From NCBI GenBank assembly GCA_002269645.1, contig NIVC01002208.1:1-64000 (forward strand): a DNA stretch of 64,000 nucleotides. The letters run 5' to 3'. The position numbers and the translations under genes were made by a program. Shown here in pieces: positions 49,540 to 61,824 of this stretch. Position 1 is the first letter of the stretch. Each line of letters begins with the position of its first letter. The DNA comes from Macrostomum lignano. Its lineage: Eukaryota. The notes under the pieces were generated by a model. That model had not been told where the DNA came from. It saw only the letters and a program-made list of their open reading frames with translations, and searched no databases.

Positions 49540-51601
<2,062 letters not shown>

Positions 51602-51919
51602 GTCTGCCCTGCACGATAAAAATTATTTTCAAAGTCTCGTGTTGCTAGATATTTTGTAAGAGATCGCCTCGAGGCAAGCAGCTGCAGGCTCAGCTAGTTA
51701 GTATGCCAGCACTCAGCCGCTGTGCTTGGTCATTGTCCGAACAATAGCAGCGCCTGAGGCGCCTCGGGATAGAAGCCCTCTAAGCCCGCCGCTTCTCGAA
51801 TGCATCCAGTTTTGGCAGAACTGCATGCCTCAGGGGGTCGGTGAGCAAACCGGTTAGAAAACTGATGCAGCTGTGTCACGAATGCTGCAGAACACGAGCT
51901 GCGGCGAGCACGTTCTGCA

Positions 51920-51971
51920 ACACGTGCGGCCCGTCTCCGACGCCCCGGGCCGGCTCTCCCATCCATAAATA
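51920..51971 (+). promoter_or_regulatory. Promoter of secreted gene copy 1: ACACGTGCGGC element (51920-51930) and TATA-like CATAAATA (51964-51971)
   Basis: The same 11-mer lies upstream of all three paralogs; the TATA-like box is about 105 nt before the ATG. Confidence 0.6.
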
Positions 51972-52074
51972 GAAGCAGCTCAAGCGGGCCTGCAGTCAAG
52001 CCGCAGTCCATCAGTGCAACCGTTCTTACAAGCTCTCAGAGAATTAAAAAGCCCCAGAAATCAATCAGTCAGCC

Positions 52075-52569
52075 ATGCGCTTCGCTCTGCTGGCCCTCGC
52101 CCTCGCCTTCGCTCTACTGGCGGCGACGGTGCGCGCTGACTATGCCAACTTCGAAAACGCCGACGACGATTCCATTGAAGACCAGGCCGAGTCCTTCGAC
52201 GATGTCGATGAGGCCGATGAGGCCGATGAGGCCGACGATGCTGACGAAGCGGACGAGGATGTCGAAGATGAGGAGAAGGAAGAGTGCTCGCCGGAGCCGA
52301 AGACCGAGACCAAGACCCTGGGAGGCAAGGAGATCCGCCAGGAGACTGAGAACATCTCCGTCCGTGGCCGCTGCATCCGCGTGCTGAAGGGCGGCAGCCC
52401 GGACGACTACACCACCGCTGGCAGCTGCTCGCGTTGCAGGTCCCGCGGCTCGGGCTACTACTGCCTTCCTTCGCCTCTGGCCAGAAGCCTGAAGTGCGAG
52501 ATGGTGCTGGGCCCCGACTGCCGGCGGCACGAGGTAGACAAGTCCGACCCCACCAAGCCTTGCGAGTGA
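52075..52569 (+). CDS. Secreted precursor: signal peptide, acidic pro-region and 8-Cys domain (copy 1, 164 aa)
   Basis: MRFALLALALAFALLAATVRA signal peptide, 49-aa D/E-rich segment, 94-aa domain with 8 Cys. Intronless, strongly GC3-biased codons, AGCCATG start context, AATAAA at about 52670. Confidence 0.9.
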   Translation: MRFALLALALAFALLAATVRADYANFENADDDSIEDQAESFDDVDEADEADEADDADEADEDVEDEEKEECSPEPKTETKTLGGKEIRQETENISVRGRCIRVLKGGSPDDYTTAGSCSRCRSRGSGYYCLPSPLARSLKCEMVLGPDCRRHEVDKSDPTKPCE

Positions 52570-53014
52570 ATGAAGAAAAGTTTTAGCAAGCCAAATTAAT
52601 TATTGGACTATTCCCATACGAACTATAAGTACAGTATGTCTTAACTTTCTTAGGTACTCGTATTGTACTAATAAAACGTTCTGTGGTCGAAACTGACCAG
52701 CTCAAACAAAATACGCTCGTATTTATTGTGTTTTTACTCTATTTGTAACGATAAGAGTTTTAAAAAGCCTGCTAATTACTCCTAATAAACGTGTTCACCT
52801 GTAGTAGGTTGTGAAAGGTAGCTGTAGTCCCATGCACACTGCAACTACTAATCATTGTTTTTGTGAGTAGTACGAGTACAGCGTTCAGGTGTTTTGAGCC
52901 GTTTCTCTGTTGAAGATATACGGCTAAATATTTCCTAGATTTCCAATTTAGCAACGAATGTTGATAACGAAAAGAACATAAGGAAATTTAAGCTAATGCA
53001 ACAATGTTATCGAA

Positions 53015-54016
53015 AGCTAATGTACCTGGTCAGTTATAGCTAATGTACCTGGTCAGTTATAGCTAATGTGCCTGGTCAGTTATAGCTAATGTGCCTGGTC
53101 AGTTATAGCTAATGTGCCTGGTCAGTTATAGCTAATGTGCCTGGTCAGTTATAGCTAATGTGCCTGGTCAGGTATAGCTAATGTACCTGGTCAGTTATAG
53201 CTAATGTGCCTGGTCAGTTATAGCTAATGTACCTTCCTTGGTCAGTTATAGCTAATGTACCTGGTCAGTTATAGCTAATGTGCCTGGTCAGTTATAGCTA
53301 ATGTGCCTGGTCAGTTATAGCTAATGTACCTGGTCAGTTATAGCTAATGTACCTGGTCAGTTATAGCTAATGTACCTTCCTTGGTCAGTTATAGCTAATG
53401 TACCTGGTCAGTTATAGCTAATGTGCCTGGTCAGTTATAGCTAATGTGCCTGGTCAGTTATAGCTAATGTACCTGGTCAGTTATAGCTAATGTACCTGGT
53501 CAGGTATAGCTTAATGTGCCTGGTCAGGTATAGCTAATGTACCTGGTCAGTTATAGCTAATGTACCTGGTCAGGTATAGCTAATGTACCTGGTCAGTTAT
53601 AGCTAATGTACCTGGTCAGTTATAGCTAATGTACCTGGTCAGTTATAGCTAATGTACCTGGTCAGTTATAGCTAATGTACCTGGTCAGGTATAGCTAATG
53701 TACCTGGTCAGTTATAGCTAATGTACCTGGTCAGTTATAGCTAATGTACCTGGTCAGGTATAGCTAATGTACCTGGTCAGTTATAGCTAATGTACCTGGT
53801 CAGTTATAGCTAATGTACCTGGTCAGTTATAGCTAATGTACCTGGTCAGGTATAGCTAATGTACCTGGTCAGTTATAGCTAATGTACCTGGTCAGTTATA
53901 GCTAATGTACCTGGTCAGTTATAGCTAATGTACCTGGTCAGGTATAGCTAATGTACCTGGTCAGGTATAGCTAATGTACCTGGTCAGGTATAGCTAATGT
54001 ACCTGGTCAGGTATAG
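53015..54016. repeat. 23-bp minisatellite downstream of copy 1
   Basis: Unit AGCTAATGTACCTGGTCAG(T/G)TAT; the same family occurs at 60747-61117. Confidence 0.95.
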
Positions 54017-54409
54017 AAGCAAAGCCGTTAGAAGCAACGCAGAGTTAATGTTAGTCATAGAACAGTTTACTAAGGGATTGTAATGAAATTCGTATCCGCA
54101 CCACTAATACTAGACAAGAACGAACATGTTAAATGCATTGCTTTTATACGTGTAGAGACACAACCGCATCCTTGAATATAGTTTGCTGACTTTATATAGC
54201 AGAAACAAAATTGCAAAGGTTTCAAAGAACATGACAGCAGCATGTGAGCAGACTCATAGAGCGCATCTCTGGGCCAGGGTGCGAACACAGGCCGTTCACA
54301 ATGCACAAGCCTCCTATAGGGAACCATGGACATTGGACAACTGAAGCAGAAGGGCACTGCATCGATTTTCATAGAAACGAGCTGGATGCCAATAAATAAA
54401 TTATGTACA

Positions 54410-54810
54410 TTTCGACGTCCTCATTGATGGCGATGGCAGCGTGGTCCGGCTCATTGCGTGGGGCAGATGACACCCGCGTCGACTACCCAACCTGCACCGC
54501 TTGCTGGTTCGCGGCTACGGCGGCACCAGCCTCGTCAGCGCCGCTACCATCGACAACTTTCTCGGCAGATCGTCGTCGTCACTTTCGCGGCACAGTCGGG
54601 CGAGCGGACGCAGATGCGACGTCTCGTTCGGGTGCGGCTGCGTCGCCGTCGAGTAGAAGCATCGCTTGGTCGAATTGGGCGGCTCAGTCAGTCGGAGGCG
54701 ATGGCTGCAGCAACTGTTCAGCCTGTTCACACGCCGCGACCAGATCTTCGTCGGTCACTTCGTCGGCCCAATCTCTGATGTCGCAGTCCGGCTCGATGAG
54801 GATTGTTAGA
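54410..54810 (+). pseudogene. GC-rich, coding-like gene fragment of unknown family, frameshifted
   Basis: Exon-like composition. Shifting frames give FDVLIDGDGSVVRLIAWG / RLPNLHRLLVRGYGGTSLVSAATIDNFLG / WLQQLFSLFTRRDQIFVGHFVGPISDVAVRL. No intact ORF. Confidence 0.3.
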
Positions 54811-55611
54811 AGTTGATTTAATGCACGAAAAATATTTATCATTATTACAATGCCGCTCAATAATCGGTTGTTCTTGCTTTACTGTCAAGGCGCACTCAAA
54901 ACTATACTCAAAAGTCTACTCGGAATCGACTATTGAACCCCACATTTAGTTTGATCTGTAGAAATATATAATACACGGAGTTTGTGCCATAGAGTATCTC
55001 CGAGTTTGAGTTTATTATTCTAATTAGTATTGGTAAACTTAGTTATTGGGACGAGTCAGGATGAGGAACTCGAATGGTTCAATTCTGCTTTATATCTGAC
55101 CTTGTTTTTTCTCATTGCAGTAGACTGCAGTAGAGTAGACAGGTAGACAGGCTAGAATTTCTATAGTAAAAAGTAAGCGAATTGTGCACCCAAGCTTCAC
55201 TGCTATTGTCGGCTGCTCCACCATCTAGATTCAGTTATTATCTAGGTAGACTCTATAGACCCAGCATCTGGCCTGAGGCATAAAAAAGCATGCTCATACG
55301 GCACGTGCAAATGCAGACGGGCAGAATTCTCAGCACGAGTCTACAAACTCGAGACTTTTATTTATGGCAGCCCAACTAGTTAACCTGTTTATATGCTATT
55401 CGGCTAAGCTGAATGTCGTACGATATTCCTGGGGTTCTTTCGTCGAGAAGAAACTTAGCTATACACGATAGCTATTTGATTAAAATAATCATCGAATTCC
55501 AAGAAAAATGAGCATCTGATTTTCATCTGAATTTTCTTTCCTTGAGTTGGGAGTTCAGAGAGTCTGACAATTTGCTGTGTCAGAATTTCGGCGAGTCAAG
55601 ACCTCGGAAAG

Positions 55612-55842
55612 TCACGACATTCGAGTTGTCAGGACTTTCGGGTTGTCAGGACTTTCGGGTTGTCAGGACTTTCGGGTTGTCAGGACTTTCGGGTTGTCGG
55701 GACTTTCGGGTTGTCGGGACTTTCGGGTTGTCGGGACTTTCGGGTTGTCGGGACTTTCGGGTTGTCGGGACTTTCGGGTTGTCGGGACTTTCGGGTTGTC
55801 GGGACTTTCGGGTTGTCAGGGCTTTCGGGTTGTCAGGACTTC
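55612..55842. repeat. 17-bp minisatellite
   Basis: Unit TTGTC(A/G)GGACTTTCGGG. Confidence 0.95.
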
Positions 55843-56497
55843 TAAGAGTCAGATACATGTACTTTAAAAGAAGTCAGGAATTTAGGGAGTCAGGTACACG
55901 TACTTTAAAAGGAGTCAGATACATGTCATACACCTTAAGGAGTTGGGTACATGTAATTTAAGGAATTCAATAACTTTGAATCGGTACGTCAATTTTAATT
56001 TTGAATGGTTTGACTCTGTCCTAGATGAAATTCAATAGAATTTCAATGCCAATAAGCCAACATATTGGTATTAGTTGTCAATTACGTCATTCCTATTAAT
56101 TCCCCTGAAAGAGAAGGCTTTTGAAACCTCAATATGCATAATGTGTTTAAGGCCTAAATCAAATGTTATTTAAGTTTCAACTAAACTTTTAAAAAGCTGC
56201 TATCCTTGGGGGGCTTATAAACATCGTTAGTGGGGTGCAATCAGTGCAGAACTTGCAGACTAAATGACAGATAGTTTGCAAGCAGAAGGCATCGTATTTT
56301 CTGAGCAAGACTTGAGCAGGTCTTAGACCCCATATTGTCTGAGTTACACTGGCTCCAGAATTATTTAGCTAATTATTTTGCTGGCAACAAAAGCGGCATT
56401 GAAACTGGGTCAAGCAAATTGCGCCAATTACCCAGACACAAGCGGCCGAGAGAACAGAGCAACAGGGCAATTGTGGAGTGCCTTGGAGTCTGGGAGT

Positions 56498-56594
56498 GCC
56501 GCACGTGTCACGGCAGCGCTCTGGGCATGAATAGGCTATACGAGCCAGGCCTGAGCGGTGAGGGCCAAACCCCAGCTCACTGGTGTCTATAAAT
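56498..56594 (+). promoter_or_regulatory. Promoter of secreted gene copy 2: inverted element GCCGCACGTGT (56498-56508) and TATAAAT (56588-56594)
   Basis: Reverse complement of the shared 11-mer; canonical TATA box about 90 nt before the ATG. Confidence 0.6.
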
Positions 56595-56682
56595 GCGCTC
56601 AAGCCAGCCAGCAGCCGAGCCATGAGCACCTCTAAGGCAGCCGTTTCTGAGCAGTTCTCAAAAAACCACTACAAAATTAGCC

Positions 56683-57194
56683 ATGCGTTTCGCCCTGCTG
56701 GCCCTCGCCCTCGCTTTCGCTCTCCTGGCGGTGACGGTGCGCGCTGAAGATGCCGACTTCGAAAACGACAACGACTTCGCCGAGAACCAGGCCGAGTCCT
56801 ACGATGATGTCGACCAGGCCGACGAAGCTGACGAAGCCGACGACGACTACGACGATGCTGACGGCCTTGAAGACGCTGACGACTATGTTGATGAGGAGGA
56901 GAAGGCCGGGTGCTCGCCGGATCCGAGGACCGAAACCAAGACCCTGGGCGGCAAGCACATCCGCCAGGAGACCGAGAACATCTCCGTCAAGGGCGGCTGC
57001 GTCCGCGTGCTGAAGGGCGGCAACCCATCCAGCTACACCATGGCTGGCAGCTGCGCGACCTGCACATCCAGCGGTGGACATAGCCGCTGCCTTGGCGCCC
57101 CGCTGGCCATGAGCATGAAGTGCAACATGGTGCTGGGCCCGACTGCAAGCGGTACTCCGTTGACAAGTCGGATCCCACCAAGCCTTGCGAATAA
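56683..57194 (+). CDS. Secreted acidic/8-Cys precursor, divergent paralog (copy 2), with a 1-bp frameshift near the 3' end
   Basis: Same architecture as copy 1. GGGCCCGAC lacks one C relative to GGGCCCCGAC of copies 1 and 3; restoring it gives GPDCKRYSVDKSDPTKPCE* (TAA at 57192-57194). As written, the ORF runs to 57210 with only 6 Cys. Confidence 0.85.
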
Positions 57195-57938
57195 AGCCAG
57201 TGATGGATGATTCGCTGAAATAACTTTGCTAATGCTATGACAATTAGAGAGAGTGACTATCTTAGGCTTTTATAGATTCAAATGACATGATAGGACTGAC
57301 GTCTTGCCATATAATAACACAACTAATAATTGTTTTCAAAGTAAATCGACGAACAGCTAGTAAACTAAAACTGAACTGGAGAATTTCCGATCTAAATTAA
57401 CACTGTGCAGGACTTTTACAATATTATTGTATGCTACTATACTACATTTACTGTAAAAGTAAAACTCAACTACGACTTGAGTGGAAAGACGCGACAGTCG
57501 CATTTCCAGGAAATGCTAGATCGGTTCATTTTAACAAAAGTGCACTACTCGTAAAGTTCGTGCTTTCGGAGAAATCATTTAAGTAAGCTTATATCAGTTA
57601 GTTGCAGCCGTGCACCTGCAAAACGCGCAAAGTTATTAAAAACTCTTGTAAGGTACTTCTTGACTTACTTGACTTCAGCTGCAGGGGGCTCCGGGCATCC
57701 GGATACAGAGGGGAGGCGTAGACACCCATTCCGCTAACCCCCTGGCGACCATGGGCAGCTGGTGCTGTGGTGTCGCGCAGGGAGACCCGGTGGTGCCGGT
57801 ATCCGCAGCGCGGTCCCCTCTGGAGAGTCCAGGAGGTGGATTGTCACTCGCCCGGTAGCCCTCAGGTAGCGGACGAGCTGGCAGAGATTCTCGGGCCTGA
57901 AAATGACTCTTAGAGAGAATTACTGAAATTTCAATGCT

Positions 57939-57965
57939 TTAGGGTTAGGTTAGGGTTAGGGTTAG
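57939..57965 (+). repeat. Short interstitial telomere-like (TTAGGG)n
   Basis: TTAGGG TTAGG TTAGGG TTAGGG TTAG. Confidence 0.7.
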
Positions 57966-59022
57966 AAGGTTGACAGATATTTTTAGATTTCTAAGGCTTA
58001 TTGGGGGCATTGCTGAGATGTCAAGGGGGGAAGTTGATATGTTAAAGCTTGTGGGGGGGAATTACTGACATGTCAAGGCTTACAAGGTTTGACAGGAGAT
58101 TTTTTAAGATTTCAAGGATACATGTAGCTCATTAAAAAACGTGTATTGCATTTCTTTGGCTCCCCAACGGGGGGGGGGTAGATTGCTAGTATTGACCTAT
58201 AAATATAATGACCAATGGATCATTAGTTGTCACTTCATCATCATGCTGCGTTTATTTAAATTGTAACAAAATTGTACTTTATATTATAGCGTTACTCGTA
58301 GTATTAATATTTATTATTATTATTATTGTTATTAATATTGTTACCTATATTATTATTACTATACCAATATTATTATTATTATTAATACGAGCGTATTGAT
58401 ATTATTATTATTATTATTAAGATTATTATTATTATTATTAATGTTGTTGTTGTGTTGATTGTTATGAATCATTTATGATATTATTGTGTTACTTTGAACT
58501 AATTAACACCTAATTAATAATAGAAATAAATACAAAAAGCCAGTAAAAGTATTTTTCACGCAAAACAGAGTATTTAAACCTATTTATGAAGCCAACATGA
58601 ATTAAGCCTCATGCGTGTAGCTTATATCATGGTTTTTATAAATTTTTCTATAATTTCATTTTTGTATCTCTCTTTGTGAAATAATATCAAATCAAATTGA
58701 CAATTTAAAATCGAATGTATTTAAAACACTGTTGGTGCAATTCAACTTTGCTATAATTTAAATTGAATATTATATTGGAGTTTATTATACTTTAGAAAGA
58801 AAAGCTCAGCGGTTAAATCCCGCGATCACGGGGTCCGTGTTCGATTCCGCAAAATCAATAATTCGGGCTTGTCCCGTGATTACTGCCTATACAAGGGCCA
58901 ACCCAAAGGCATGGAGAGTGTACATGTGCATGCATATTTGATAAGAAAGCTGGGGGCGCTGTACACCCTGCGTTGTTGTGTGCCCGAGTGATCACCGGAT
59001 GCCTTTGAGTGCCCAAAGCTCA

Positions 59023-59310
59023 ATAGCTTAGTCTAGTGGTTAGAGCATCGGACTGGAAAGTCGAAGGTTCGATTCTGGACCCACTTGGAACAATTTTTGT
59101 CTTTGAGCAAGACATTTACATGTAGCTCTGTGCATTGCTTCAGTTCACCCAGCTGTAAAATGGGTGCCAGCATTAGCTGGGGTAATTCAGGGTGTGTGTG
59201 TGGCGACCCCCCAGTCCCGTAGGCAGCCTTCATGTGTTTTGGCTGAGCTGTCGGTTGCATATCTGGTCATTAGGGCAGGTGTAATCAATTACTATTATTA
59301 ATAATTATTG
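59023..59310 (+). mobile_element. tRNA-derived CORE-like SINE (copy 4, apparently full length)
   Basis: AGCTTAGTCTAGTGGTTAGAGC (A box), GGTTCGATTC (B box), CORE-like CTTTGAGCAAGACA...CCCAGCTGTAAAATGGG, and an (ATT)-rich tail. Confidence 0.85.
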
Positions 59311-59679
59311 AATTATTACTCGTAGCATCCAGCAGCTATGCCTAGCAGGCAGTTGTTTACAAGTTTTCCAGCGCAGACAGGACCGATGAAGGGTAAAGTT
59401 TCCATTATTTTCATTCAAATGGCAACTGTTTATGACGGCTAAAAGCTATGAAGCAGTCCGCCTGTGCCGCGCCGCGCTCTCTGAGTCAAACAGAAATAGA
59501 AGCGCTGCTGTAACCATTCTGCCTCTAAGCCATTCGAGACACACAATGGACAAATTGTTTGTGCAGAATATTGTATAATCGAAAAACATCTCTTACCCCG
59601 TGCAGGCTGTGTGAGAGCCGCTCATCATATGGGACCACCTGCGGCACGAGTCTGCAGCGCCCGAGACGCTTGTCCACCG

Positions 59680-59733
59680 ACACGTGCGGCAATTCACCTC
59701 CTCTGCACGGGCTGCTATCGCACCTCTATATAT
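59680..59733 (+). promoter_or_regulatory. Promoter of secreted gene copy 3: ACACGTGCGGC (59680-59690) and TATATAT (59727-59733)
   Basis: Shared 11-mer about 36 nt upstream of the TATA box, nearly the same spacing as in copy 1. Confidence 0.6.
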
Positions 59734-59814
59734 GCTAGCGCTGCAGAAAGGCCCCGGCCAAGCAAAGGCAGTTGCCTCTTCAGTTGCACAATCAACAGCC
59801 CAGCACAACCAGCC

Positions 59815-60300
59815 ATGCGCTTCGCCCTGCTCTCTCTCGCCCTCGCCTTCGCCCTACTGGCGGCGACGGTGCGCGCTGACGATGCCAACTTTGAAAACGC
59901 CGACGACGATTCCATTGAAGACCAGGCCGAGTCCTTCGACGATGTCGATGAGGCCGATGAGGCCGACGATGCTGACGAAGCGGACGAGGATGTCGAAGAT
60001 GAGGAGAAGGAAGAGTGCTCGCCGGAGCCGAAGACCGAGACCAAGACCCTGGGCGGCAAGGAGATCCGCCAGGAGACTGAGAACATCTCCGTCCGAGGCC
60101 GCTGCATCCGCGTGCTGAAGGGCGGCAGCCCGGACGACTACACCACCGCTGGCAGCTGCTCGCGTTGCAGGTCCCGCGGCTCGGGCTACTACTGCCTTCC
60201 TTCGCCTCTGGCCAGAAGCCTGAAGTGCGAGATGGTGCTGGGCCCCGACTGCCGGCGGCACGAGGTAGACAAGTCCGACCCCACCAAGCCTTGCGAGTGA
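59815..60300 (+). CDS. Secreted acidic/8-Cys precursor (copy 3, 161 aa; Cys domain identical to copy 1)
   Basis: The ATG at 59815 (AGCCATG, downstream of the TATA box) is preferred over the upstream ORF start at 59611. Differs from copy 1 by A7S, Y23D and one fewer DEA repeat. Confidence 0.9.
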   Translation: MRFALLSLALAFALLAATVRADDANFENADDDSIEDQAESFDDVDEADEADDADEADEDVEDEEKEECSPEPKTETKTLGGKEIRQETENISVRGRCIRVLKGGSPDDYTTAGSCSRCRSRGSGYYCLPSPLARSLKCEMVLGPDCRRHEVDKSDPTKPCE

Positions 60301-60746
60301 ATGAAGAAGAGTTTTAGCAAGCCAAATTAATATTGGACTATTCCCATACGAACTATAAGTACAGTATGTCTTAACTTTCTTAGGTACTCGTATTGTACTA
60401 ATAAAACGTTCTGTGGTCGAAACTGACCAGCTCAAACAAAATACGCTCATATTTATTGTGTTTTCACTCTATTTGTAACGCTAAGAGTTTTAAAATGCCT
60501 GCTAATTACTCCTAATAAACGTGTTCACCTGTAGTAGGTTGTGAAAGGTAGCTGTAGTCCTATGCAAACTGCAAATACTAATCATTGTTTTTGTGAGTAG
60601 TACAGCGTTCAGGCGTTTTGAGCCGTTTCTCTGTTGAAGATATACGGCTAAATATTTCCTAGATTTCCAATTTAGCAACGAATGTTGATAACAAAAAGAA
60701 CATTAGAAAATTTAAGCTAATGTATTCGAATAACAATCTTATCGAA

Positions 60747-61117
60747 AGCTTAAGTACCTGGTCTTCAGGTATAGCTAATGTACCTGGTCAAGTATAGCTA
60801 ATGTACCTAGTCAGGTATAGCTAATGTACCTAGTCAGGTATAGCTAATGTACCTAGTCAGGTATAGCTAATGTACCTTCCTTGGTCAGGTATAGCTAATG
60901 TACCTTCCTTGGTCAGGTATAGCTAATGTACCTTCCTTGGTCAGGTATAGCTAATGTACCTTCCTTGGTCAGGTATAGCTAATGTACCTTCCTTGGTCAG
61001 GTATAGCTAATGTACCTTCCTTGGTCAGGTATAGCTAATGTACCTTCCTTGGTCAGGTATAGCTAATGTACCTGGTCAGGTATAGCTAATGTACCTGGTC
61101 AGGTATAGCTAATGTGC
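60747..61117. repeat. 23/28-bp minisatellite downstream of copy 3
   Basis: Unit GTATAGCTAATGTACC(TTCCT)TGGTCAG, homologous to 53015-54016. Confidence 0.95.
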
Positions 61118-61824
61118 CTTTTAAAACTAAATTAAATGTCAAAGGATGGCATTCGGCCATCGAGGAAGTCGGTGGAGAAATACCTGCGCTAGAAAAACAA
61201 AAAATACTACAGAGATAGGAACAGCTGAAATTTCACTGGAACTTAACTGCTTGTTTGCCTGTCTTCGGTAGCATTTTAGGAAAGAATAATTTAATAATCT
61301 TGTAAATAATTGCTGCGGACAGGGCACCTACTGGGTCCGTTTGTAGTTAGACCACTTTCTGACCGAATACTTCACAATCTGAGTTATAATAAGACTGTAA
61401 AAAATTCCAACATAACATTCCAACATTACAATATTAGTTGACCATATTTTAGATTTCGGCAATGTGCGCAATTACACTAGAGAGCCAGACAGAGATAGTC
61501 AATGCTATGCGATATACTGCAAAATACCTTCTCTGATAAGCTTAGCCAGAAACTGCGCGAGCCAGGCCTAGCATTGAGTGTCGAGTGTGCAGTGCGAAAT
61601 CTCCAAATAAATGCAATGAGAGCTATTAGCATGGAGGCGTTACATGTAGGTACCACACAGCCGCGCTTGTGAAAGCATAAGAGAGGCCTGAACCAACTCA
61701 ATCGGTACAGGTGGACACAATAATATTTTTCTTTAAGCAGGCTAAACAGAACAGGTAAGGTTTAATGTGAGTGCTTTTTTAATCATTTAATGAGTTTTGT
61801 CATCAGCTCTGCACCGTATTCACC

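Noticed and set aside
59611-59814. 68-aa N-terminal extension of secreted gene copy 3
   Set aside because: It lies upstream of and across the TATA box, is absent from the paralogs, and would bury the signal peptide.
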